Both the position numbers and the translations under genes were made by a program. Positions 19,818 to 29,910 of a DNA stretch of 64,000 nt are shown here, piece after piece. Each line of letters opens with the position of its first letter. Within the stretch, counting starts at the first letter, position 1. Below the pieces are notes generated by a model. It was given only the letters and a program-made list of their open reading frames with translations. It did no database searches and had not been told where the DNA came from. The stretch is from a virus. The stretch is from the IMG/VR virus record IMGVR_UViG_3300028392_000045, positions 1-64,000 of that record. One strand, written 5' to 3'.

Positions 19818-20999
19818 TTAAATAAAGCATTTTATTCTAACTGGTGCTACCACAGCACTCAATATTGAGTCAAAATCCTTTAAGGCTTCATCCCCAAGTA
19901 CGAGTCTACAAATATTAAGAGCACCATTGCAATCAGCATTTATATACTGATTTTTAGAAGTTCTGAAAAGCCCTCTCTTAACTCTTTTACCAAGATACTT
20001 TTCATGCTTCATAATAGGCTCTAAATCTAAAGCACTACATTTTGATGTATATGCTTCTTGTGTCTCGATAAAAAATTTACCTTCCAACTGTGCTTTATAC
20101 CTTATTTTTTCTATAAGGGTAGCGTGTGGGATTTGAGTAAACTTTCTATTACTATCTTTTCCTATATTAATATTTTGTTTCCAATGTATATTTTTTCCTA
20201 TTATAATTTTTGAAATATTATTAACATTACAAAAGTTTATTATTTCTCTACTAGTTTTATGAATATAATCTTTTATTTTATTATATCTTTTATATGATAA
20301 TTTTTTAATTCTTTTACTTGAATAAATTCCTTTTAATAACTTGGATTGCAATAATGCTTTACGTTTATTATAATATTCATTAATAGATTTTAAAGGCTTT
20401 CCATTAATTATAAATGCTTTGCCGATATTTGAAACACAAGTAACTAAATTATTAAGACCTACATCTATTGATAACCAATTATCGTTTTCTATTAAAAGTT
20501 TTTCCTCTTTTGTATAAATAAATTCTACTACAAAGTGATTTGATTTTGGTATTACTCTACCATAATCAATTTTAGTTAAATTAGTTTTTATAGGTAGAAT
20601 ATTTAACATCTTTGGAAAATGCACATAGCCTTCTTTTATTTTTAATTGACTAGATGTAAATCTTAATTCAGATAACTTTTTTTTATATTTAGGCATTTTA
20701 GGAAAGAATAAAAAATTACTTGAATCTTTATAATAAGATTTTTTAGCTGCTTTCCAAGAACTAATATTTCTAAATAGTATTCTTACTATTTGTTGAGATG
20801 TATTTGAAGGTAAAGCTCTAAATGTAGGTTCATTAAATTTAGCATAAACACCTGTTAATTCATATTCACTAAACTTTTCAATATTGCCAATCATGGATTG
20901 TTTCCAATAGTAAAGAGATTGGTTATAAAGCTCTTTAGCCTTTATACACCATTCTTTCCATTCATTTGTTTTAACTATATGTTGCTCTGTTAATTGCAT
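19818..20999 (-). mobile_element. tnpB: Solo TnpB RNA-guided endonuclease (IS200/IS605/IS607 superfamily), no transposase
   Basis: LYN...SQQ N-terminus, RuvC-I SIDVGLNN, IIIGK..WKQ, EAYTSK and RuvC-III INADCNGALNI; markedly more AT-rich than the flanks. Confidence 0.9.
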
Positions 21000-21010
21000 A
21001 ATATACTAAC

Positions 21011-21262
21011 TCATTTATTTTTTAAAATGTTGAAACTGTCATTCTTCATGTATTGAGAAGTGTGAACACCTAGTATACCAAGAAAGAAAGCAAGAATGTC
21101 AGTTACTACACTAATAATTTCTTGTACTTGATTATCTAAGTGTATAAAATTATGCAAATTACTTAAAATCATATACAAAGCATATAATCCACCTAATGCC
21201 ATTGCACCAGTAAAAGGATTTTTAAATTTTAAAGCGTCTATAATACTAACTAAGTTTTTCAT
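21011..21262 (-). CDS. Two-TM membrane protein, holin candidate
   Basis: Two hydrophobic helices; probable start at MKNLVS. Confidence 0.55.
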   Translation of the reverse strand: MKNLVSIIDALKFKNPFTGAMALGGLYALYMILSNLHNFIHLDNQVQEIISVVTDILAFFLGILGVHTSQYMKNDSFNILKNK

Positions 21263-21587
21263 TTTTAAGCTGATTATTCTCAAGTTCCAATTGAGAGATT
21301 TTAGAAGAGTGATCTGCAACTAAAGATCTAAGTGAAGAGTTTTCTTTTTCTAGCTCATGTACTTTGTTCATAAGATTTAGAATTTGCTTTTGTAAATCTT
21401 GAACTTCTCTCATTAAAGAATCTTTGAAATCTTGTTCATCTTTTTGAATCTGTAAAGCATTTAGCTTTAAATCCAGTAACGCTTTTCGGTTGGCATATCT
21501 ACCTCCAAAGAACCAGCCTATAATAGTTGTAACTAAGGCTAGTAGGATATTGGTAATTACAGTCATCAGTAGCTCTTTATTTTGCAC
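21246..21587 (-). CDS. N-terminal TM plus coiled-coil protein (holin-like)
   Basis: LLALVTTIIGWFFGGR followed by a heptad repeat. Confidence 0.55.
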   Translation of the reverse strand: MQNKELLMTVITNILLALVTTIIGWFFGGRYANRKALLDLKLNALQIQKDEQDFKDSLMREVQDLQKQILNLMNKVHELEKENSSLRSLVADHSSKISQLELENNQLKNEKLS

Positions 21588-21609
21588 GGTATGTATTATT
21601 AGGCATTAG

Positions 21610-21652
21610 GTATCTCGCTAATACCTTGAATACCATATCGGTAGCAAGATAC
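21610..21652 (-). promoter_or_regulatory. RNA stem-loop upstream of the holin-like genes
   Basis: GTATCTTGCTA...TAGCGAGATAC, 11 bp including one G-U pair on the sense strand. Confidence 0.45.
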
Positions 21653-21672
21653 AGCATTTCAAAAATAAAAAC

Positions 21673-22263
21673 TCAATTAATCTTTTGCATAACATAGTAT
21701 AAACTCATGTCTCTAGGTGCTTTAGATGTACCACCAAACCAAGCAGAAATAGGAATAGTTTTTCTGTAGTTCATAGGATTACCTTGAGTACAAACTATTC
21801 TATCGTTTAGTGTAAAAACATATCTACCTTCTCTTAGTAAAAAACTAAAATTAAATAATTGATTTTGTATTACTTCAACTATAGCATCTTCATGTGGATG
21901 GTTATTAGATCCATTTAAGCTATAGTTTTCATAAATACAAATTTCAAATCTACCTTTAATTTTATGTGGTCTCCATGCTACTATAACGCTATTCTTAGTT
22001 TTAAAAGGGAAATCAAAAGCGTTATAAAAACCACATATCTTGTTGAAGTCATAATTATCCTCACCTAGATTATTATACCAACAAGAACTATCTAGTTTAA
22101 TACTTCCTTGCCAACTAGCAATATCTGAAATACCACCAGTAGGATTAGGTAAAAAATCACTATTGCCTTTCTTTACGTAATACCTTTTAAGCTCAGTAGT
22201 GCCGTTGGTTACTAAGGAACAAGATGTAAAAAGTAGTAGTAAGAAGAATAGTAGGTATTTCAT
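21673..22263 (-). CDS. Lipoprotein with a beta-sandwich (lectin/lyase-like) domain
   Basis: MKYLLFFLLLLFTS-C lipobox; C-terminal WFGGTSKAP. Confidence 0.6.
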   Translation of the reverse strand: MKYLLFFLLLLFTSCSLVTNGTTELKRYYVKKGNSDFLPNPTGGISDIASWQGSIKLDSSCWYNNLGEDNYDFNKICGFYNAFDFPFKTKNSVIVAWRPHKIKGRFEICIYENYSLNGSNNHPHEDAIVEVIQNQLFNFSFLLREGRYVFTLNDRIVCTQGNPMNYRKTIPISAWFGGTSKAPRDMSLYYVMQKIN

Positions 22264-22266
22264 GAT

Positions 22267-24243
22267 TTACTTTTGAACTGAAACTTTAAACGTAGCACTC
22301 GCGGGGTCTACCGAGCTAACAGTGTCATTATTAAATCTAACTGTCACTGTGTCGGCAGCACTCACCCAAGCCATATATCTTACTCCGGTAACAGAGCGCA
22401 AAGCATTCACAACGCCCAGTGTTACAATATCACCATCTGCTGCGCCTGTTACGGTAATTGTAAGGTCGGATTGGCCTAGTGATGCCGTGCTTGGAAAGTC
22501 AAGCGTAGCCGATCCAGATAATCCATAAAAAACTTCTAAACGAGTTGCGGATGGTGTATAAAAAAGCTTACCAGAAGAATTAACTTCAACAGTATTTGCT
22601 TCGGGTGTCGTTAATAGGGCGGCACTTGTTGAGGTAAATTTCAACGGGGCTGTTCCTGCTGTTGCTGTGCCTGCGCCAATATGGACTTTAGCGGTAGCTG
22701 TTACACCATTATTGAACCCCCAGTTGCCAGTAAGCCCATTTATAAACCCACAAAAATTATTATAACGTCCTGCATAAATCCACAAATCACGGCTGGGAGT
22801 TGCTTTTATATCAAAAGCAAACCCATTTGCTGTATATAAATTAAATCCAGAAGAACCAGAACCGTTTGATGTAAGATAAATTTTTGCTTCTGGTTGTTCA
22901 GTTGGTGCAACAATTTCTAAAACTTGTGTTGGTGTGGTATTTAAACCTATAAGACCAGTTGAATCTATATATATATAATGGCTAGCATCGTTTTTAATTT
23001 CGAGACGACCATTTGAGCCACCTGTAGAACCACGAACACCGATATTAAAAGCCGTTTTATTGCTACCTACAATTGTCATTCCTGTCACACCTGCTGTATT
23101 CCTACCGTTAAATTGAATATTAGCTGAATCCAATAACAGTGCTGTTGGTGAAAAAATAAATGAATTTAAACTGCCAGAACTATTTCTAGGAAAAAAAGAA
23201 ACGTTTTGCCCATAAGCATTGAAATCAAATATTGTTTTACTGTTTCCTCCACCCCCTAATGCTGACCAACGTATTTGCCAATCATCTGCATAGGTTTCGT
23301 GCGTTGTTCTGCCCGTAGCAATGTTATATTTCATAAACATAGCCCGAAGTGATTTATTTCCGTTTCTTCCTGCAAAAGTATGATGCCACTCGTTCAAAGT
23401 GTCTAATTCTGGCGTCACATAATCAACTTCAAATTGCTGACCGTTTTGAGGGTATCTGCTATCAATCACATTCCCATTCATAGTATTAAACCCTATGTTA
23501 AAAAGCCTATCGATTAAACCTGTTCCGGCAACGGTTGAGTTGAAAGCTGATATAGTAGCAAAACCACCCGGTCTAAGTCCACGTCTATCGTAAGGAAAAA
23601 GTATTCGATATGCTTTTAATGTGTCTTGCATTCTAAAAGCCCCTTTCACGTATCCAGTATCAACACTCGTATTATAAACTAGCTTTGAACTACCTGCAAA
23701 AGTTGATCCATTATTGATTTGGACTTGATTTATTGATCCGCCCGGTGTTCCGCCACCGCCGCTACTCACCGTCCTCGGCGCATATGCCTCCTTAACGTTA
23801 TCCCAAACAAGCGCCTGCCCAGCACTAGCACCATTTTGAGCGATGTTATTTGGACTAATTTTACTCACTTCTCCTGAATCTACTTTAGCATAAATCAAAG
23901 TAGATCCATTTGATTGTAATACCTGCCCATTTGTAGGGGTAGTGGCAGAAACAGATATACCTTGGATAGAAGTAGCATTCCCTGAAGAACCATTAGCTAA
24001 TTCCCATTGTCCTGTACTTGAATTATATACAAAAGTTTGTCCATTAGCAGTACCAGGACGAAACTTAATAGGATCAAGTGTAAAGTTTTTAATGTATTTA
24101 CCATCTAAGTTAGACGAGCCTTGTCCATAGTCATTTACTCTACCTGTACCTGTATTAGAAGTAACTGGTCTTTTTGGTTCAAACTGACCAAATAGAGATA
24201 CAGTAGTAAAAAGTAAAGTAATAGCTAAAATAATATTTTTCAT
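22267..24243 (-). CDS. Tail-fibre-like protein with a Sec signal peptide
   Basis: MKNIILAITLLFTTVSLFG|Q. Contains GQVL/GQAL..W repeats, a PGGS..QVQINNGSTFAG linker, and a C-terminal ATLDFPS...TVTGAA.GD...AWVSAADTVTVR domain. Confidence 0.7.
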   Translation of the reverse strand: MKNIILAITLLFTTVSLFGQFEPKRPVTSNTGTGRVNDYGQGSSNLDGKYIKNFTLDPIKFRPGTANGQTFVYNSSTGQWELANGSSGNATSIQGISVSATTPTNGQVLQSNGSTLIYAKVDSGEVSKISPNNIAQNGASAGQALVWDNVKEAYAPRTVSSGGGGTPGGSINQVQINNGSTFAGSSKLVYNTSVDTGYVKGAFRMQDTLKAYRILFPYDRRGLRPGGFATISAFNSTVAGTGLIDRLFNIGFNTMNGNVIDSRYPQNGQQFEVDYVTPELDTLNEWHHTFAGRNGNKSLRAMFMKYNIATGRTTHETYADDWQIRWSALGGGGNSKTIFDFNAYGQNVSFFPRNSSGSLNSFIFSPTALLLDSANIQFNGRNTAGVTGMTIVGSNKTAFNIGVRGSTGGSNGRLEIKNDASHYIYIDSTGLIGLNTTPTQVLEIVAPTEQPEAKIYLTSNGSGSSGFNLYTANGFAFDIKATPSRDLWIYAGRYNNFCGFINGLTGNWGFNNGVTATAKVHIGAGTATAGTAPLKFTSTSAALLTTPEANTVEVNSSGKLFYTPSATRLEVFYGLSGSATLDFPSTASLGQSDLTITVTGAADGDIVTLGVVNALRSVTGVRYMAWVSAADTVTVRFNNDTVSSVDPASATFKVSVQK

Positions 24244-24253
24244 TTCTTTTTGT

Positions 24254-25009
24254 TTATTGCACTAAATTAATAACCCAAAAATCATCTGCTAAATCTGTAG
24301 TAGTCAGATAGTCATATGGCATTCTACAATATCCTCTATCTCCCCATTTTGTACCCCAAGAATTTTTTACTATAAAAGATTTACTAAAATCTTCATAGCC
24401 TACAATTTTCATAGCATGTCCTCCTAAAACTCTTTCTGACATACTAGGCATAGGTACAATTCCTGTAGCTGCTACACCAGGAGTTTCAAAACTTTCATAT
24501 ACAGAACAACCAAAAACTACTGGATAACCTTGAGCTAAACAAGATTTAATATCTGTAATATTAGTATTGTCTACTCTATGATAAGTTTGTATTTTATGTT
24601 TAGCAGCTTCAGTATATGCTTTCTTAGTTGGTTTCCTTTTAAACTTAATAATGTCATATGGTACAGTTGTTTCACTACATTCACCATAAGTTACTAAAGC
24701 TTTAATTCCATCTCGTAATTGAGCACCAGAGTCATAGCCTACTGTACCTTCAATAATGCGTTCATTATAATACAAAAATAATCGAGAACCAGATGTGCTG
24801 TATACTCCTTGTTTCTTACGATCAAAATCAAAAGCAGATGTAATAGCATTTGCAGTACAACTACCTAAATTAAGCTGATCAAATACAGGAACATCTTGTG
24901 CTCTTAAATCAACCATAGGAGGTAATGTAATAGCATCTAATTGTCTATTAAATTTGTAGTCTCTATGATCTGGTAGATCAGGAACATAACCATACTTAAA
25001 TTGATACAT
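24254..25009 (-). CDS. Papain-family (C1A, xylellain-like) cysteine protease
   Basis: QLNLGSCTANA, SRLFLYY, GGHAM and KNSWG..WGDRGY motifs. Confidence 0.95.
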   Translation of the reverse strand: MYQFKYGYVPDLPDHRDYKFNRQLDAITLPPMVDLRAQDVPVFDQLNLGSCTANAITSAFDFDRKKQGVYSTSGSRLFLYYNERIIEGTVGYDSGAQLRDGIKALVTYGECSETTVPYDIIKFKRKPTKKAYTEAAKHKIQTYHRVDNTNITDIKSCLAQGYPVVFGCSVYESFETPGVAATGIVPMPSMSERVLGGHAMKIVGYEDFSKSFIVKNSWGTKWGDRGYCRMPYDYLTTTDLADDFWVINLVQ

Positions 25010-25011
25010 TA

Positions 25012-25662
25012 CTATTGAATTTTAACTAAGATAAATTCTACACCTTTATTAGTGTAGTTGATAGCAAACGTATTATCAAATAAATCAAATACTCTTTCTT
25101 CTGGTAATATTCCTTCTAGTTTAAAAGAAGTTTCACACAATACTTTGATTTTACCTTGTACTGGTTTAACATCTTTAGCTAAAGGTTTTCCATTAGCATC
25201 TCCTACTTGTTGTACATTACCTAGAGAATCAATACCAATAACCATACTAGTAGCTCCTCGTAATTGCCATACGCCAGAAAACTTCTTAGCAAAAATCTGA
25301 GTTAGAAAATCTTCATAATCTCTTTTGTACAAAGTCTTAATAAATTTCTTATAGGCTATTGTACCTGATTGATTTTTATTTCTAATCAAAGCACTTCTTA
25401 CTAATTGAGAAGAAGCTAAGTATTCAGAATTTACTAACTCTAAAGATTTTTGTAATAGTGTCAAAGAATCAATCTGAGCGAATGTTTCTGAAGTTAGATC
25501 TGAATCTCCTTTTACATAAGAAGTAAGCTTATAAGTAATCTTATTATTCTTCTTAATTTTAGTAAAAGAAATAGAATCAGCCTTTGCTAATTCAGGTAAT
25601 TGATTTTGTGCAGATACCGTCAATGCACACATAAACATAAAAAAGAAAATACCGTACTTCAT
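25012..25662 (-). CDS. Secreted protein, paralog of 25679-26386
   Basis: Signal peptide ...LTVSA|Q. Confidence 0.7.
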   Translation of the reverse strand: MKYGIFFFMFMCALTVSAQNQLPELAKADSISFTKIKKNNKITYKLTSYVKGDSDLTSETFAQIDSLTLLQKSLELVNSEYLASSQLVRSALIRNKNQSGTIAYKKFIKTLYKRDYEDFLTQIFAKKFSGVWQLRGATSMVIGIDSLGNVQQVGDANGKPLAKDVKPVQGKIKVLCETSFKLEGILPEERVFDLFDNTFAINYTNKGVEFILVKIQ

Positions 25663-25678
25663 TGTGAATTATTTTTAG

Positions 25679-26386
25679 TTAAAGTTTTTGCAAAGTAATA
25701 GAAAAATCGTATGAAATCCAAATACCTAATGGAGTTTGAAAAAACCTAACAACTTTAGGTGTAGCTTTTACTGTAGTAGTTGGATTCTTTACTATAGTAT
25801 AATTAGGAAAATAATTAGTAGTCTCAATACAGTTATTAGATAATACTCTAAAATTACCATTAAAGTTAGGAGTACCTGTTTCTGAGTTCATGTTTTTTGC
25901 ATTACCACTGATATTAGAAGTAACTACAATTACATGATCTACCCATCTAGCATTCAAAGAAACAGCTTGCCATCTACCAGTAAAAGCAGATAGATTTGCA
26001 TTAAAAGTAGAGTCGGGATAATTAGTCTTAGTCATTCTACTAAACATCTTACTAAAAACTACATTACCTTTTTCTGAAGTACCATACAAAGCTTCATACT
26101 TGGCACGTACTGCACTTGCTGTAGCTTCATAACCACTAGCTAGTTTTGATTGTAAAGCAGCTACTACAGCTACAGAATCATACAAAGGAGATACAGCATT
26201 AATGGTATCACCTGTTGCTTTATAGGCTATATAGACAAATTGTACTTTACGTTTTGCTATTCCATTTTCAATTACATTACGTTTTACTAAACGTACAGAG
26301 TCAACTGTATTAAGATCAGGTAGATCAACAGATTGAGCAAAAATGGAAACTGAAAAAAGTAGAAATAAAAAAGTTAAATATTTCAT
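25679..26386 (-). CDS. Secreted protein, paralog of 25012-25662
   Basis: Signal peptide ...SIFA|Q. Confidence 0.7.
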   Translation of the reverse strand: MKYLTFLFLLFSVSIFAQSVDLPDLNTVDSVRLVKRNVIENGIAKRKVQFVYIAYKATGDTINAVSPLYDSVAVVAALQSKLASGYEATASAVRAKYEALYGTSEKGNVVFSKMFSRMTKTNYPDSTFNANLSAFTGRWQAVSLNARWVDHVIVVTSNISGNAKNMNSETGTPNFNGNFRVLSNNCIETTNYFPNYTIVKNPTTTVKATPKVVRFFQTPLGIWISYDFSITLQKL

Positions 26387-26397
26387 GGTATTGATTT

Positions 26398-29300
26398 TTA
26401 TTGTTGATTAGTTACTACCCATCGGTAAATTGATCCCGGTAAAAGCATACAAGTCAAAGTCACATTACCCCAAGCTAATGATGTTGTTGCATCAGTTATA
26501 TCGTAAGTTGAAAAGGTTGTCGGTGCACTTGCGAGTCCAGTAGAATACCAGATACCCGAAGTACAAGAAACGGTTACTTTAAAAGTTAAGGCAGCATCAG
26601 CGGCATAGATTACAACTGATTGCCCAACAAATGTTGCCGATGGAGTAGGTAAAGTTACAGTAGTATTAGCACTCGCACCTGATGTCTGATCGGCATAAAC
26701 ATTTACAGTCTGAAATAGTGTTAAATCTGAACTTGCATCATAATTGGCATTCTGTGTCTGTACTGCTTTTGAAAATCCTCTACCTGAAATTATATTTCCA
26801 TTTGCATCACCTACAACAACAGACCCTTGAGTAAGTCCACCATTTGGCATAGTAGGAATTTCTCTCCATGCTGCAAATGTATTGTCACGGATATTTAGCC
26901 TAGTTGTTGTACTATTTGCAATTACCAATAAGTTTGCTGGTGATGAAATAGCGTCGCGTTGGGTTGTGGTCATTACAGGAGGAAGAAATCCTCTAGTCGT
27001 AGAGTTTAGTGAAAGAACTGCGCTTGCGACTACTGATGCATCAACCGTATTATTATCAGAAATAATTGAACCTTTATTTACACCAAATATTATTTGTCGT
27101 CGGTTATTACCCGGAAGAATAGATACATCTCTAGTATTCCCTGAACAAATCTGTAGATCTCCACTAGTATTTACGATTATATCCGTATTTGAACCATTTG
27201 ATATATTTAATTTACTTGATGCTATCGTTGAGTTTATTGTTAAACCGCCAGATGGCGACATTACTAATGTGGATGATGATTGCAAATTCCCATTCGCATC
27301 ACCAAAAGCGATCTGTGTATTTGGAATTGATGTCTGAGAAGATCCTATCAAATATTTCCAAGAATCAGCATTGTTATAACCCAAGCGTCCAATTGTCGAA
27401 TTATACACAAACAACCCAGCAGGCGTGGTAATCGTAGCAACCGTTATCACCAACCCCGAACCGCTACCACCACCAATAGTAGCATTCGAAGCACTCAAAA
27501 CGTCCCCTACTTGATAACCACTTCCCGCTGTTGTGATAGTCACCACTGTAACAGCACCACCAGAGACAGTGATTGAAGCAACTGCGCCTGTACCTGTACC
27601 ACCTGTGAGGGCAATACTGGTGTAGCTTCCGTTGGTGTAACCTGTACCTCCGTTGGTTAGGGTTATGGTTGCTATGCCTGAATAGTTTGCGGCGATGTTT
27701 GCGGTTGTTTGGATGGGGAAGGGCATTGAGCCTTTTGTGGTGGAAGTAACAGAAAATTGAGCTAAATTATAACTTGTCGTAACACCTGTAGGATTTACAG
27801 CAAGTGTATTTGTTGAAAATATATAACCGTTTGTACCACCTGAAGCTGTATTTTTATCAATAAGTAAATTATTATTTAAGCCGCCTAAAATTTGAATAGT
27901 TGTTCCACTGTTTGCTCTCGTAATATTTAAATTACTAGATGTAGAATTTATAGCATTAACGTTCAATCCATTTCCTACTGTAACAGAACTTAAAAAATTC
28001 GCAGCAGCATTAACTTCTAAGCCAAACGAATTTGTAATAGACGTGTTTGTCCCAGCTGATGGTGCAGATCCAATCCTAACAGTAGAAAAACTCGTGTATG
28101 TTGTTGCGTTAGTTGAATTAACAACCCCGCCATCAAAACTTGACATTGAACCAGAAGCAATCGTACTTGCTCCCGATGTGTTCGTCACTGTCCCCGTCGC
28201 CACTCTAAATACATAACCATTTCCAGATAAATCACCTGTACTTGAATAAGAAGGTGTAATATGAACTTGAGAAGTAGGACTTGCTTGATTAAACCCAGTG
28301 AATCCAGTAAAGTTATTAACGCCACTCCAAGTTTGAGTACTTTGAAGTAAAGGAATAGTGCCACTTGCATTTTGCAGGGTGTACAATCTGTCTGCTGTGT
28401 TTGATTCTGAAAACCCATAAACAAATCCAGAAGCATCTTTTACACTTAAAGCATTACTTGCATTCGCATACAAAGCTAAACCACTCGAAACCGTTGTAGG
28501 TGCAGCCGATTGGTTTAGCATACCAAAAAAACCAGCTCCACCAGTGCCGGTTAAAGTACCACCAACTGCTGAAAATCCGCTTGATGCCGCAGGACGTGGC
28601 GCATATTTTGAACCCGTCCAAGTTAGTACATCACCAGTATTAGCTAAAGTCTGCGCTATGTTATTGGGGCTAAGTGCAGCGGCTTTTGTTGAGTCAACAG
28701 CGGCACTTGCTATCTTTATCTTTGTTACAGCGCTGTTGGCTATAGTTGTTGCGATAGCACCTGTTCCAGAAGCCGTTACATCACCCGTTAAGCTGGTAAT
28801 TAAATTAGAGGTTAAAGCGATAGTTCCACTAGCATCTGGTAAAGTATAAGCCCTATCCGCTGTATTAGAATGCGGAAAGCTATAAGTCAATCCCGCACCA
28901 TTTTTTACTGAAAAAACGTTGGAAGAGTTTGCAAATAAAGCCATCGAACTTGGAAAAGTAGTTGGATTTGCTGATTGACTTATCATTCCAAAGAATCCTG
29001 TGCCTCCTGTTCCAATTATAAATCCACCTGTTTTAGGATAATATGTTGCCCCAAGATTGAGATTTGTAATTGACGTCCTAACATAAGCTTGAGATGCAAC
29101 AAGGGCAGAGTCAACTCTAACTGTTTTAGTTCCCTTGATTGTTCCCCATCCGAATGTGCTGGGATAGATTGCCAACATTGTGGTCGTATCTGTTTTAAGT
29201 ATGTACGATGTTAGGTTTGATGTCAATGCAAACGTTCCAGTTGCATCTGGTAAAGTATATGTGCGATCTGCCGTGTTCGCTTCTGACAAGATATACGTAC

Positions 29301-29904
29301 GACCAGATGCGTTTTTGACACCTAGGGCACTTGCGGCATTTGCGAAAATACGCAAGCCACTAGATGGTGCACTCGGATTGGCTGATTGAGAAGGAAGACC
29401 GTAAAAACCAGCACCACCTGTGCCAGTCAAAGTTCCACCAAGCAAAGGAAAGTATGTAGTACCTAAGTTTAAATTTGTAATTTGCGTCCTAACATAAGCC
29501 CGTGAGGCCGCCAAAACTGAATCGATGCGAATTGTTTTGCTGCTTTTTAGCAATCCCCAACCAGGTGTAGATGCGTAATTAGCTAAAAAAGCTGTAGTAT
29601 CTGTCTTTAGTAAATAAGGAGTTAAATCAGTACTAAATACTACCCAAGTATTAGGTAAAGCAGATAATCTATATAATAGGTTATTAGAATTGACAAATAC
29701 AAACATACCTACTTTTCTTCTTAGAGTAGGTATATTATTTCTTTCTGTAGTATCTGCAACAGACCTAAAACCTCCTCTAGCTAAAGAGTCCATGTGAGTA
29801 GGATAAGTACCTCCTCCAATAGTTTGAATATATCCTGCTACGTTAACTTGAGCAGAAAGTGATAAAGTAAAAGCTAAAAATATAATAGATAGTAATAGTC
29901 TCAT
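26398..29904 (-). CDS. Long tail-fibre-like protein with a Sec signal peptide and internal repeats
   Basis: ...SLSA|Q. Three GG..TGTGG.GF.G...NTADR.YTL.DA.GT repeats, plus LTGGTGTGA..ITVSGGAVT and STTRGFLPPVMTTTQRDAI fibre motifs. Confidence 0.75.
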   Translation of the reverse strand: MRLLLSIIFLAFTLSLSAQVNVAGYIQTIGGGTYPTHMDSLARGGFRSVADTTERNNIPTLRRKVGMFVFVNSNNLLYRLSALPNTWVVFSTDLTPYLLKTDTTAFLANYASTPGWGLLKSSKTIRIDSVLAASRAYVRTQITNLNLGTTYFPLLGGTLTGTGGAGFYGLPSQSANPSAPSSGLRIFANAASALGVKNASGRTYILSEANTADRTYTLPDATGTFALTSNLTSYILKTDTTTMLAIYPSTFGWGTIKGTKTVRVDSALVASQAYVRTSITNLNLGATYYPKTGGFIIGTGGTGFFGMISQSANPTTFPSSMALFANSSNVFSVKNGAGLTYSFPHSNTADRAYTLPDASGTIALTSNLITSLTGDVTASGTGAIATTIANSAVTKIKIASAAVDSTKAAALSPNNIAQTLANTGDVLTWTGSKYAPRPAASSGFSAVGGTLTGTGGAGFFGMLNQSAAPTTVSSGLALYANASNALSVKDASGFVYGFSESNTADRLYTLQNASGTIPLLQSTQTWSGVNNFTGFTGFNQASPTSQVHITPSYSSTGDLSGNGYVFRVATGTVTNTSGASTIASGSMSSFDGGVVNSTNATTYTSFSTVRIGSAPSAGTNTSITNSFGLEVNAAANFLSSVTVGNGLNVNAINSTSSNLNITRANSGTTIQILGGLNNNLLIDKNTASGGTNGYIFSTNTLAVNPTGVTTSYNLAQFSVTSTTKGSMPFPIQTTANIAANYSGIATITLTNGGTGYTNGSYTSIALTGGTGTGAVASITVSGGAVTVVTITTAGSGYQVGDVLSASNATIGGGSGSGLVITVATITTPAGLFVYNSTIGRLGYNNADSWKYLIGSSQTSIPNTQIAFGDANGNLQSSSTLVMSPSGGLTINSTIASSKLNISNGSNTDIIVNTSGDLQICSGNTRDVSILPGNNRRQIIFGVNKGSIISDNNTVDASVVASAVLSLNSTTRGFLPPVMTTTQRDAISSPANLLVIANSTTTRLNIRDNTFAAWREIPTMPNGGLTQGSVVVGDANGNIISGRGFSKAVQTQNANYDASSDLTLFQTVNVYADQTSGASANTTVTLPTPSATFVGQSVVIYAADAALTFKVTVSCTSGIWYSTGLASAPTTFSTYDITDATTSLAWGNVTLTCMLLPGSIYRWVVTNQQ

Positions 29905-29910
29905 TTTCTT

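Noticed and set aside
26398-29904. Diversity-generating retroelement acting on the fibres
   Set aside because: No reverse transcriptase is present, and the internal repeats differ at all base types rather than only at adenines.
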